Source: Candidatus Hodarchaeum mangrovi (GTDB lineage: Archaea; Asgardarchaeota; Heimdallarchaeia; Hodarchaeales; Hodarchaeaceae). From it: 64,000 nt of DNA. This document shows, piece after piece, positions 48,524-58,549 of the stretch; the first letter of the stretch is position 1, and every line of letters begins with the position of its first letter. The DNA lies in NCBI GenBank assembly GCA_016839515.1, contig JAEOUE010000209.1, forward strand, positions 9,326 to 73,325, given 5' to 3'. The notes under the pieces were generated by a model. That model saw only the letters and a list, made by a program, of their open reading frames with translations. It was not told the origin of the DNA and did no database searches. Made by a program: the position numbers and the translations under genes.

Positions 48524-48982
48524 TTGGTGAATAGCGTGAATACCACTGTTCAATTTTCTTGGATTCGTTTGGAAGGATTAGGTTTAATAATTGCATCTCT
48601 AGGAATTTCTTTCTTTATCCAAATACCACTTGTATATTTTTCATTAGTTAATCTTAATTATGATCCAGTTACCAATTTTTTTGCGCTTACGGGTACAGTT
48701 ATTGGTGTGAGTATAATCCTAACATCATTAGCCTGTTCTATTGCTGAAGATTGGGATACAAATGTTATACCTTCATATAAAAGAGTTACAACTACTTCAA
48801 TAATTCTTACAATACTTTATTTCATTGGCTATTTTGTCTTTTTTATGCTTCAACCTTTTTTTCCATTAGAATTTCAAGGACTTGATCCTCAACAACAATT
48901 TCTAACTGCAACGACTTTAGGTCTTTCGCTTATTGCACTCTTTACTCTTGTTATTTATAAAGGAAAGAACTTCTTCAGATAG
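48524..48982 (+). CDS. Hypothetical 4-TM membrane protein
   Basis: Four hydrophobic segments. Confidence 0.65.
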   Translation: MVNSVNTTVQFSWIRLEGLGLIIASLGISFFIQIPLVYFSLVNLNYDPVTNFFALTGTVIGVSIILTSLACSIAEDWDTNVIPSYKRVTTTSIILTILYFIGYFVFFMLQPFFPLEFQGLDPQQQFLTATTLGLSLIALFTLVIYKGKNFFR

Positions 48983-49008
48983 GATTAATATTGATTTAGG
49001 GGAAAAAG

Positions 49009-49788
49009 ATGGATGAACCCATCAATAAGTTCCGTATAAATTCTTCTTTATGCCCCTATGTTTTTAAATTTGATGTTGTTAGTTCAACAAATTTAATTGC
49101 AAAAGCATTTTTAAATTATGAAAAACCAGGGTTTATTATTTTAGCTAATACTCAAACAACTGGTTTAGGTCAATATGGTAGACGCTGGGAATCGCCTCGT
49201 AATGGATTATGGTTTACTTCAGTATTTCAACCTACTATTAATCATGAATTTATTGGGATTTTTCCAATTTTGACTTCTATAGCTGTTGAAAATACATTGA
49301 AATCTCTTGGTTTAGATTTATTTTTAAAATGGCCAAATGATATATTGATTAACAAGACTTTTAAAAAAATTGGGGGGATTCTTGTTGAAAGTAGCCTTAC
49401 ACAGAATATAATTAATTATATCTTGCTTGGAATTGGTATTAATGCTAATAATCATATAGATCAGTTTTCATCTGCCTTGAGAGATGGTATTTCATCAATC
49501 TTAGAGGAATTGAAGCGAGAAGTTAATGTTCTTGATTTATTAAGAGAAATTATGTACAAAATTGAATTTTATATTGATCTATTACAAGTTAAAGGGGTTG
49601 ATCCAATCCTTGAGAACTGGAAAAAATCAAACAATATTCTTGGAAAACAAGTTTCTGCTCATATAGCTAATCAAGAAATAATAGGCGAGGCATTGGATAT
49701 TACAAGACATGGAGAATTAGTACTTAAGACCTCAAATTCAAAGAAAGTAAAAATCTCAACTGGAAGCATCTCTATTATTTCCTTATAA
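49009..49788 (+). CDS. birA: Biotin-protein ligase
   Basis: STN, QT.G.GQYGRRW.SP, KWPND, KIGGILVE, GIGIN. Confidence 0.93.
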   Translation: MDEPINKFRINSSLCPYVFKFDVVSSTNLIAKAFLNYEKPGFIILANTQTTGLGQYGRRWESPRNGLWFTSVFQPTINHEFIGIFPILTSIAVENTLKSLGLDLFLKWPNDILINKTFKKIGGILVESSLTQNIINYILLGIGINANNHIDQFSSALRDGISSILEELKREVNVLDLLREIMYKIEFYIDLLQVKGVDPILENWKKSNNILGKQVSAHIANQEIIGEALDITRHGELVLKTSNSKKVKISTGSISIISL

Positions 49789-49825
49789 TTAAATTATACT
49801 TAAATAAAGGATTATATATATTTTA

Positions 49826-50404
49826 GTGATTAAGTTGTGGACTTATAACATTGAAAAAGGTTCAAATACCAAGCTACGAGGATTAATTTCAGAGGAATTC
49901 GTCCGTTATACCCTTCTGACAAATTTTCCTATTCTTGTTATCAGACCAACCAAAGCCATAAAAATCCTAGATGATAATGCAATTTCAGGGGAATTCGTCC
50001 AATTTTTAAAGGATTATGAACAAACAATGGACTTTTTTGGTATTGGACCTATTCCTAAAGAAAATCAGACCTATATTTCTTTAAATGAGATTATTATCAA
50101 CTATTTTCATAAATTAAGAGGATTAAATCGGTTTTTTCACCATGCGAAATGGATCGAGGAACTAGATGGCTTTATTATCGAAGTGAAGTCTAGAACATCA
50201 GCTAATGCTTTGTCACCATTCAACTACTCTCTATCAGATAAACAAAAACAGATGGTAAATTATGGTAAAAAATTGGGATTAAAAGTAATTTTGGGAGGAG
50301 TAACTTTTGAACGGAACTGGAAACTCTCTTTAATGTTTACGAATGAAATTGGAAAGATAATTGGAAATGATTATTTTTTAAAAGTCAATAGTGATAGTTC
50401 GTGA
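49826..50404 (+). CDS. PD-(D/E)XK nuclease-fold protein
   Basis: GLISE, MDF, IIEVK, LSDKQ. Confidence 0.55.
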   Translation: MIKLWTYNIEKGSNTKLRGLISEEFVRYTLLTNFPILVIRPTKAIKILDDNAISGEFVQFLKDYEQTMDFFGIGPIPKENQTYISLNEIIINYFHKLRGLNRFFHHAKWIEELDGFIIEVKSRTSANALSPFNYSLSDKQKQMVNYGKKLGLKVILGGVTFERNWKLSLMFTNEIGKIIGNDYFLKVNSDSS

Positions 50405-51583
50405 ATTAGTTACTACTTCTGGCCCTTTAGATGTTATTATAACATCATTTTCCAAACGGAACCCTCCAACATCCTGTTCATATATTCCTGGTTCGATTGT
50501 GAGAACCATCCCTTTTTCGATATATATTTCTTTCCAGCTTGCTAATAATGCTTCATGTACAGGCTTTTTACGTATTCCTGGTGAATCATGAACAGTTAAA
50601 CCAATTCCATGACCTAATGCATGAGGCATTGAAAAACCAGCTTGTTCAATGATATTATCAGCAATGTCAGCTACTTCATGAAGATATGTTAATTCTTTTA
50701 ATGCGTCAATTGCGCTATAATGTGCTTCTTCAACAGCTTCACTAATTATTTTCATTTTATCTGTTTTCGTACCCATAATAAAAGGTATAGTTACATCGGA
50801 TCTTAACCAATCTCCTTCTACTCCAAAATCGATAAGAGCAAGGCCCTTCCGGTATAGGGGGAGTTCAGGATGGGCACGAGGATAAGTATGAATTTGCCAT
50901 GACCTAGCACTACTAGCAACAAGGGTTTCAAAGCCCACTCCCATTGCTCCTAATTCTCTCATACGACTTTCGACAAAAACTGCTAAGTCAATTTCCCTAA
51001 ATGAACTTCTATCCCATTTGATCATCAAATTATTTTCTATCTCATCAACTAATTGATTACTTATATGAAAGGATTTTTGAAACTTAGAGATTTCATCAGG
51101 AGATTTTGTAGCTCTTAATTCATCGAGTTTATTATCAATATTCATAGGATCATAAATTATCTCTGATTCAGTTATTTGATCAACAATCGTTTTTAGAAAA
51201 TAGTAAGGGATTGATCTAAGAACTCCAATCTTTGCCTTAGAGCTAACAATGCTTTTAATGATCTCAGCAGAAGCTGCAATCACACTACCGTTATATTCTG
51301 ATACATCAACAATCTGATCAACCTCTGCATATTTTTGAGCAAGTTGGAAGTCCCATGGTACCAAAATTGTTTGACGATTTTTGATATCGACAAATAAACT
51401 GGCATCTTCTGGATGTCCAGTTAAATATCTCATATTTACTTCACGATGATCTTCTGAATCAGTTATAACCAGAACATCTATTCCAAGTGCTTCCATAGCA
51501 TCGTAAAGAGTATCTATTTTATCGTTAGTAACAAACCTAGGCAATTTTAATAGACTCTCCAATAAAATAAATTTAAACCTCAA
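50378..51583 (-). CDS. Xaa-Pro peptidase (M24)
   Basis: DFG..SDVT, HALGHGIGLTVHD, TIEPGIY, RLENDV. Confidence 0.93.
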   Translation of the reverse strand: MRFKFILLESLLKLPRFVTNDKIDTLYDAMEALGIDVLVITDSEDHREVNMRYLTGHPEDASLFVDIKNRQTILVPWDFQLAQKYAEVDQIVDVSEYNGSVIAASAEIIKSIVSSKAKIGVLRSIPYYFLKTIVDQITESEIIYDPMNIDNKLDELRATKSPDEISKFQKSFHISNQLVDEIENNLMIKWDRSSFREIDLAVFVESRMRELGAMGVGFETLVASSARSWQIHTYPRAHPELPLYRKGLALIDFGVEGDWLRSDVTIPFIMGTKTDKMKIISEAVEEAHYSAIDALKELTYLHEVADIADNIIEQAGFSMPHALGHGIGLTVHDSPGIRKKPVHEALLASWKEIYIEKGMVLTIEPGIYEQDVGGFRLENDVIITSKGPEVVTNSRTITIDF

Positions 51584-51598
51584 ACATCCAACTTTGGT

Positions 51599-52279
51599 TT
51601 AAATGGTTTCTAGAAGAGTAGCAATTTCATCCATTATAAAATCACTAATTTTCTGAGAGGTTTCTTTTGAACTAGGTAAGACATAAAACCGTCTTAAATC
51701 AAGTGGTGGTCCAAATTTAGCTATTAAAGTTATACGCTTAGGCCCTCCTCCAAACGTGAATGATTTTCCTACTGGCATGGCTATATTTGTATTTTTAAGT
51801 GCACAAGGAATAACCAAGGCTTTAGTTGCGTGAGCTATCCATCCAGCACCAAGTTTTCCTTTTTGAAGTCTTCCATTTTTTGATCTAGCTCCTTCAGGAA
51901 AATAAGAAATTGATCCACCATTTTTTATAATTAATATATGATATTTTATAACATCATGGCTCTTGGATCCTTTGAAGATTGGAATTGTATTCATACCTGC
52001 TAATATTGGTTTAAAAAAGGGTAATTTCCAGAGTTTAGCATCAGCAGGATAGAAAAAAGGTTTGTAAAAACGTGGAAAAGCTGCTAACCCAACAAAAAAA
52101 GCATCAATGTGGGATAGGTGATTGGTCATGATTATTAGACCATTATTATTTCTACCTTTTGCTGGAACATTCTCTCTCCCAATAATTCTAATTTTATAGA
52201 ATACATAAAAGAAGAATAATAAGATTGGTACTGCATAAATGTGCAAAAAATACTTTGTTTTTATTTTAGCAGTCATCAC
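51599..52279 (-). CDS. PlsC-like lysophospholipid acyltransferase
   Basis: NHLSHID (HxxxxD), FPEGARS, VIP. Confidence 0.92.
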   Translation of the reverse strand: MMTAKIKTKYFLHIYAVPILLFFFYVFYKIRIIGRENVPAKGRNNNGLIIMTNHLSHIDAFFVGLAAFPRFYKPFFYPADAKLWKLPFFKPILAGMNTIPIFKGSKSHDVIKYHILIIKNGGSISYFPEGARSKNGRLQKGKLGAGWIAHATKALVIPCALKNTNIAMPVGKSFTFGGGPKRITLIAKFGPPLDLRRFYVLPSSKETSQKISDFIMDEIATLLETI

Positions 52280-52368
52280 TACTCAACCCTATTATTCTTG
52301 AATGTCCATATCTTAAAAAATTGAGATATTTCTTCATTAAATTCCCACACGAATAATGTTATTATCAA

Positions 52369-52638
52369 TTAGTCGATTTTTATTTTATGCCACTCCTTTT
52401 GAGCTTTCTTAGATGAAGGTTGAGTAGATTGAGCATTAGAAATCCTTTGATCAATTTGGTCTAGTTTTTTCAGATTTCTTGCGGTCATTTGAGATATTTT
52501 TTGATTTATTAACATCAATTCGGTCGAATTTGGTCTATATTTTTTTAGAATGTTCTGAATTTCTTTTAGAATTATATTTACTTTATCCTTATCAGCTGGC
52601 ATTGGGCTTTCCAACGTGCTGAGCAATTTAAAAGCCAC
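52369..52638 (-). CDS. Hypothetical protein
   Basis: ORF of about 80-89 aa, no motif. Confidence 0.5.
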   Translation of the reverse strand: MAFKLLSTLESPMPADKDKVNIILKEIQNILKKYRPNSTELMLINQKISQMTARNLKKLDQIDQRISNAQSTQPSSKKAQKEWHKIKID

Positions 52639-52836
52639 TTGATATTTATTTTGTCACTTGAATTCAACTCAAGGAAAGGTTGATAATTTCTCTATTAAAC
52701 GCCCTGTCATAGTAGTACAATGATATGGGTGTTCATGGAACAGAGATACCATCCGATGATAGATAAAAAATAAACGAGAATAAACATTAAACCATGATAA
52801 TAGGATGATACTTCTAAATTTTATTCTATATTTAAG

Positions 52837-55281
52837 GTGTTAAGAATGCACAAATTTACTATTGAAGAAGCTTCAAAACTCTTGTACAATCAAGATTTCG
52901 TTCGAAATCTTGGGGTTATCGCCCACATTGACCATGGTAAAAGTACTCTTACTGATTCATTACTTGCTGCATCTGGCTTGCTAGCAGAAAAAATTGCTGG
53001 TGAAGCTCGTGCAACAGATACTCGTGAAGATGAACAAGAACGGGGTATTACTATTAAAACTACAGGAATTTCCCTTGTTCATGACTTCAATAATCAAACT
53101 TATCTCATTAATTTACAGGATACACCTGGTCATGTTGATTTCTCTGGTGAGGTGACTTCAGCGTTACGTGTAGTTGATGGAGCACTTGTAGTTGTTGATG
53201 CAGTTGAAGGTGTAATGGTTCAAACAGAGGTAGTAACACAGCAAGCACTAGCTGAGCGTGTTCGACCAGTTTTAATAATTAACAAAGTTGATCGTTTAAT
53301 AACTGAAATGAGAATGAACCCTGAAGATGCCTATGAACAATTCAAGAAAATAATAAATGAATTTAATATACTAATAGACACTTATGCTCCTCCTGAATTT
53401 AAGAAAGAATGGCGTGTCGACCCCCGTCAAGGTACTGTAGCTTTTGGGTCTGCAATCCATCGATTTGGGTTAACAATCCCAGCTCTAGCAGAAATCTGGC
53501 ATGAGAAGACTGGACAACCTATAGATAAGCTTATAGCAAATCTTTGGGCTAAAAATAATTTTGTAAATGGGGTTTTGAAACCAACTTATGAGATTTATGA
53601 AAAAGCGGAAACAGGTGACATTGAATCGCTTAAGAAGGTCGCTGCACAACTTGATTTACGATTAGATGACACTGTCTGGCTTGAACCTCCCAAACGTGTG
53701 GCAAAATCTCTTTTGGAAAAATGGCTACCTGTAGAAAAAGCAGTTCTTGATATGGTTATTCAATTTTGCCCTTCTCCGAAAAAAGCTCAACTTTATCGAT
53801 TTAAAAGTTTCTGGAATGGAGACAAAGAATCAAAAGTAGGAAAATCCTTAAACGAATGTGATAAGGATGGTCCTGTTATGATTTCCCTTTCAAAGATGAT
53901 CCCAGGGAAAGCTAAACGAATCATTGCAATGGGCAGAATTTTTTCAGGGACAATAACAGCAGGACAGAAAATTGTTGTATTACTTCCGGGGTATCATCCT
54001 GGTGCAAAAGAAAGAATGTTTATTACAAATGTTCAACAAGTTTCAATGCTTATGGGAGCTAAGACGGAAAAAGTTGAAGCTATCCCAGCAGGAAACATTG
54101 TAGCTCTACAAGGACTTCGTGGAGCTACTGCAAGTACTACTGTTGCAGCTGATGAAAACACAATTCCCTTTAAAGCCCTATCATATGCTGTTGAACCTGT
54201 TGTTACGGTAGCAATTGAGGTTAAAAATCCAAGCGAACTTCCAAAGCTTGCTGAAGGACTTCAACTTATGGAATTAGTAGATCCTTCTCTTAAAACGAAA
54301 ATTAATGAGGAAACAGGTGAATTTCTTCTATCAGGAACAGGTGAACTTCATTTAGAAATTGCTGTCAAAGATTTACAAGATTTACAACATATAGAAGTTT
54401 CGCAAAGTGATCCAATCGTTGTATTTAGAGAATCCGTCAATTCTGTATCCTACCAACAAGCATTAGCCAAGTCACCCAATAAGCATAACCGACTTTGGGT
54501 CCGGGCAGCTCCTCTTGAACCTGTTATAATAAAATTAATTGATAAAGGACAAATTGATCAATATACTGATCGAAAAGAAATGGGCCAGATTCTTAGAGAA
54601 CAAGCAGGTTGGGATTCAAAAGAAGGAAGAAAGATTTGGGGAATGGGACCTGAAGAGGATTCTCCTAATATTTATTTGGATGCAACTAAGGGTATCCAAT
54701 ATTTAAGAGAAGTTCAAGATTACATTCTACAGGGATTCCGATGGGCAGCTAAGGAAGGTCCTTTATGTGGAGAACCCTTCCACGGAATAAAATTTATGAT
54801 AGAAGATGTAAAATTACACGAGGATCCTGTTCATCGAGGTGCAGGTCAAGTTATGCCGGTATCCCGTCGAGCCTGTTTTGGTGCGATGCTAATGGCTGAA
54901 CCTATTTTACTCGAGCCAATTTATAAAGTACAAGTTCAAGTTCCAGAATCTTATCTTGGAAATGTCTATAAAGTATTAACCAAACGACGAGGACGAGTTA
55001 TTGACACCACAAGACGAGAAGGAACCCCATTAAACATTATTTTCGCAGAGGTCCCAGTTACGGAATCCTTCGGTATTACCACTGAACTTAGATCAGAAAC
55101 ATCAGGATTTGCATTCTCTCAAATGGTCTTTTCACATTGGGAAAAAGTTCCTGGCGATCCAATGAAACCTGAGGAACAAGGTGGTAGTCTTGCGAGAAAA
55201 TATGTTTTAGAGACAAGGAAACGAAAAGGTTTCCATAATCCAGTTCCACCTGAGGCTGAAGAATATTATGACAAGCTTTAA
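52837..55281 (+). CDS. fusA: Elongation factor EF-2 (long form, intact diphthamide His)
   Basis: AHIDHGKS, RGITIK, DTPGHVDF, NKVD, GELHLE, SPNKHN, LHEDPVHRG. Confidence 0.96.
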   Translation: MLRMHKFTIEEASKLLYNQDFVRNLGVIAHIDHGKSTLTDSLLAASGLLAEKIAGEARATDTREDEQERGITIKTTGISLVHDFNNQTYLINLQDTPGHVDFSGEVTSALRVVDGALVVVDAVEGVMVQTEVVTQQALAERVRPVLIINKVDRLITEMRMNPEDAYEQFKKIINEFNILIDTYAPPEFKKEWRVDPRQGTVAFGSAIHRFGLTIPALAEIWHEKTGQPIDKLIANLWAKNNFVNGVLKPTYEIYEKAETGDIESLKKVAAQLDLRLDDTVWLEPPKRVAKSLLEKWLPVEKAVLDMVIQFCPSPKKAQLYRFKSFWNGDKESKVGKSLNECDKDGPVMISLSKMIPGKAKRIIAMGRIFSGTITAGQKIVVLLPGYHPGAKERMFITNVQQVSMLMGAKTEKVEAIPAGNIVALQGLRGATASTTVAADENTIPFKALSYAVEPVVTVAIEVKNPSELPKLAEGLQLMELVDPSLKTKINEETGEFLLSGTGELHLEIAVKDLQDLQHIEVSQSDPIVVFRESVNSVSYQQALAKSPNKHNRLWVRAAPLEPVIIKLIDKGQIDQYTDRKEMGQILREQAGWDSKEGRKIWGMGPEEDSPNIYLDATKGIQYLREVQDYILQGFRWAAKEGPLCGEPFHGIKFMIEDVKLHEDPVHRGAGQVMPVSRRACFGAMLMAEPILLEPIYKVQVQVPESYLGNVYKVLTKRRGRVIDTTRREGTPLNIIFAEVPVTESFGITTELRSETSGFAFSQMVFSHWEKVPGDPMKPEEQGGSLARKYVLETRKRKGFHNPVPPEAEEYYDKL

Positions 55282-55293
55282 TTCAAAAAACTG

Positions 55294-55321
55294 ACCCCTA
55301 TATGGGGTAATCATCTTTTTT
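55294..55321 (+). terminator. Possible terminator after EF-2 (hairpin + T tract)
   Basis: ACCCC-TATAT-GGGGT followed by TTTTTT. Confidence 0.35.
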
Positions 55322-55383
55322 CTTTAAAATTCTCTAAAAAACTGGTATTTCTTTTTTAAACAATTTAGGTTGAAAAAGGCATA

Positions 55384-55458
55384 CGGATCCGGGGGGATTT
55401 GAACCCACGACATCCTGCTCCGAAGGCAGGCGCTCTTTCCATGCTGAGCTACGGATCC
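55384..55458 (-). tRNA. tRNA-Arg(TCG), intronless
   Basis: GGATCCG/CGGATCC acceptor, CCTGC-CTTCGGA-GCAGG anticodon arm, TTCAAAT T-loop. Confidence 0.95.
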
Positions 55459-55556
55459 ATGTAGATTATGATAATTTTTTAATACTAAATATAGATTAAC
55501 AGGCATTTTTATTAATTAAATTTTATTATTTAGAGTTTATTACTAAATAATTCGCT

Positions 55557-56645
55557 TTATGGAATGATCTCACAACTATTGTTAAATTGTGGATAATTAA
55601 ATGAATCGATAGAAATAATATTTCTTCTACTTAACTCTTCTATTTTTGGTTTAATTCTATTTAATTCTGTTATTAAGTGTTGAACAGTTTTACATACTAA
55701 TTTAAAACTTTCTCCCCAAAGATTATGACGATTTGCAAACAAACATCTTCCACCACATATTTTCAGAATCTCACATTCCAAGCAAGGTGAAATCACTGGA
55801 AGGCTATTATAGATTCCATCTGGTTCATCAGCTAGAATATTACCTACCTTAAACTCTTCAAATTCAGGACAAACTGGACACGCAAAAATTTCTCCATTTG
55901 TTTGGATCGCAAAAGCATCTATTCCAGCACCACATCTTAATTTCGAAGGAGTATCTATTAATAGAGTCTTCATGATACCTAAAAAAGGAATAATACCTTG
56001 AACAGATCTATTTCTAGTCATTTCCTCAACCCATTCGTTGATTAATTTTGTAATTCCTGGATTATAGCTTTCATTAATCCATTTCTCAAAGTCACCCCAT
56101 TGATTTTCATCATTCCAAATTACATCTAGCTGCCAATGAATATGATCAAAACTTGGATTTTTTATTGATATTAGATCATGGACATCACGATAAATATCGC
56201 TCTTAGAAGAAATTGTCATTCTAGCTATTAAATCCCCATCAAACCCTTTTTGACGTATGATGCTCATATTTCGAGTGATTTTCTGAAATGTACCTTGTCC
56301 TCTATAGTAATCCGTGATATTTTGGTTACCATCTATGCTAACAAGGATCGAATGAATTCTGGTTAAAATAGTAGATTTGACCTTATGTAAATTCGTACCA
56401 TTTGTTTGAACCACAAAACATGCATCAGGGATTTTATCCATAATTTCTTCCATTAATGACAAATTTAGAAGTGGTTCTCCTCCATAAAACGCTATTATTG
56501 GATTGGAATCTTTAGCTAAGAAGGAAATAAGCTCATCAATGGAGTAATTAACTTCATTCGACATACTCGTAATCGGATGAGTAGTCTCTCCACAGTAACG
56601 ACATGTTAAATTACATTTATGGTTAAGAAAAACAAAAAATAGCAT
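55557..56645 (-). CDS. Radical SAM/SPASM protein (TIGR04084-like)
   Basis: CNLTCRYC, FYGGEP, QTNG, CGAG, CPVC, CLEC..ICGGRC, C-terminal EIIP. Confidence 0.88.
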   Translation of the reverse strand: MLFFVFLNHKCNLTCRYCGETTHPITSMSNEVNYSIDELISFLAKDSNPIIAFYGGEPLLNLSLMEEIMDKIPDACFVVQTNGTNLHKVKSTILTRIHSILVSIDGNQNITDYYRGQGTFQKITRNMSIIRQKGFDGDLIARMTISSKSDIYRDVHDLISIKNPSFDHIHWQLDVIWNDENQWGDFEKWINESYNPGITKLINEWVEEMTRNRSVQGIIPFLGIMKTLLIDTPSKLRCGAGIDAFAIQTNGEIFACPVCPEFEEFKVGNILADEPDGIYNSLPVISPCLECEILKICGGRCLFANRHNLWGESFKLVCKTVQHLITELNRIKPKIEELSRRNIISIDSFNYPQFNNSCEIIP

Positions 56646-56733
56646 TTTACTTGCCAGAATATTTTTTTATGAAACTCTTGAATGAATTCTTAAAATAAAG
56701 AATATTAGGAGAAATGAAGCATGGAAAATACTA

Positions 56734-57009
56734 TTAAGTATTTTTACGCTCATCCGCTGATCGGATTTTTACTTGATGACGATGAATAGCACAAGATACA
56801 CAAAAATATCGAACATATGGAACTCTCTCAATTTGTGTTCCTTGTTGTCTTAATTCTTTTCCAATGGCATAATCGACCAATGTTTTGTAACTAGTTTTCC
56901 GCTTTGCTTTATCTCGTGGAATCATTCGATTACAAGATGAACATTGAACCTGAGCTACCCCACCTTTTTTTCCTTTACTTCTTCCACCTGATTTTCGTTT
57001 TTTTCCCAT
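56734..57009 (-). CDS. rps26e: 30S ribosomal protein eS26
   Basis: KKRKSGGRSKG, CSSC..IPRDKA, CVSCAIH. Confidence 0.96.
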   Translation of the reverse strand: MGKKRKSGGRSKGKKGGVAQVQCSSCNRMIPRDKAKRKTSYKTLVDYAIGKELRQQGTQIERVPYVRYFCVSCAIHRHQVKIRSADERKNT

Positions 57010-57161
57010 CAAAACAGCATCCTTTTTGAAATAATGATTTTAATGGATCATTTCTTAATTTTGATACTGATTAATCGTTTTTTAATTCCTTTTATGTTTA
57101 TTATTATTTAGAACGAAAAGTCAATAGATCCAGCTGGTAGGTTCTATGACGAAATTTAGTA

Positions 57162-57812
57162 TTATTCTGGTAACCCTGTTTTTCTTTTAGTAAGAAAAAC
57201 TGCTAGATTCTCTAAATTAAATTTATAAGTTTTTTCTGGATCAAAAAAATGAACTATTTGAGGTAATTTTATCTTAAGATGGTTAAAAATCGACTCGCGC
57301 ACTTTTTCTAGCTGTTCTTTATAATTTTCAGAATATTTATCCTTTGTTGTTATTAATTTTGTTGTTATCTCAATATATTCATAGTCATTTTCTTTTTCAT
57401 TTAGGTTTTGGAAAATTAATTCGTAAATTTTGTGATATTCATTGGATTTTAAACTAAGAAGAATCATTCCAGGAGTAGGAATCAAAACTAAGAAAAAAAT
57501 CGGGGTATATGCTCCAAAATACGATTCTAATAGCCTAAAACTTGATTCAGGAATCAATAAACCACCTATAATTGAGTTTAGAACCGCTAGCACTGTACCT
57601 TGAAATAAACCTTTTGTAAAAAAATATAATTTCCCAACCTGATAACTTAAAGGATCTTCAGAAGAAAATTGATACCAGTCTTTGAGAAGAATTGCATAAC
57701 TGAAAAGTGTTAAAGGGATTAATATCCACATTAATAAAACACCATTTATGGATCCAAGGATAATTATAATTGAAAGATCTAAAATAAAAAGAAAGAAAAT
57801 TAGAGAAATCAA
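57162..57812 (-). CDS. Hypothetical membrane protein
   Basis: N-terminal TM helices, soluble C-terminus. Confidence 0.6.
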   Translation of the reverse strand: MISLIFFLFILDLSIIIILGSINGVLLMWILIPLTLFSYAILLKDWYQFSSEDPLSYQVGKLYFFTKGLFQGTVLAVLNSIIGGLLIPESSFRLLESYFGAYTPIFFLVLIPTPGMILLSLKSNEYHKIYELIFQNLNEKENDYEYIEITTKLITTKDKYSENYKEQLEKVRESIFNHLKIKLPQIVHFFDPEKTYKFNLENLAVFLTKRKTGLPE

Positions 57813-57839
57813 AAAAAAACCTTCTGGCTTTTCAAATCA

Positions 57840-58274
57840 TTAACTAAGGAGATCTTTAAGTTCACTTACAAGGCTAGAAATATCTTTTTCCTCTTCTTTA
57901 AAGATCTCAGGTATTTTTCGACTGTATCTTCTGAGAACTCGTATGGCTAATCCTAATGAATGGGCTTCATTCGATGCTCCTATTAATATAAAATCTTCAG
58001 CTGAACTGAGTACTGTATATCCTTTTTCTCCACGAACTAAAACTTCCCAAAGCTGTCCGTGATCCATTCGGTCAACTACCATTCCTCCAGTTGATAAAAC
58101 TGCTGCTGATAATGCAGAAAACAAATCGGGATCTGCATCCTTCTCAGAGAAAAAAGCAACTGACATCCCAGTTCGTGTGACTAATGCAAGGGCTTCTAAA
58201 TCCGCATATCGTACAATTTCCTGTAATAATTTTATTAACTTCTTTTTTTGTTCAACTGTAAGTGCAAAAGCCAT
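57840..58274 (-). CDS. Roadblock/LC7 domain protein
   Basis: ALVTRTG, FSALSAAVL, L.EVLVRGEKG, LGL. Confidence 0.92.
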   Translation of the reverse strand: MAFALTVEQKKKLIKLLQEIVRYADLEALALVTRTGMSVAFFSEKDADPDLFSALSAAVLSTGGMVVDRMDHGQLWEVLVRGEKGYTVLSSAEDFILIGASNEAHSLGLAIRVLRRYSRKIPEIFKEEEKDISSLVSELKDLLS

Positions 58275-58549
58275 TTTTTCACCTTCAACGAAACCCGTGA
58301 CGTGAATCACAATTCTTGCTATTGAAAATTACTGTCTCAATGATTAATAAGGTTTTTTAGTCAACTATAGCGATTTTTTAAATTTAAATAAATAACCATT
58401 GGCAATGATTTAAAGCTTACTAAACTTAGGATTTATCTAGCAGGAAATTTTTACAAGAGCAAAATTCTTGATCTTTATCAAATATTTTCTGAAATTACTT
58501 TAAAAATGAGATACTCTTGAACATCTGATAGGTATAGTGTGAGATTTTT

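Noticed and set aside
52680-52830. Repeated ATGATA motifs upstream of EF-2 as a C/D RNA
   Set aside because: No proper ATGATGA/CTGA pairing or terminal stem
55324-55506. 60-aa ORF
   Set aside because: Overlaps tRNA-Arg
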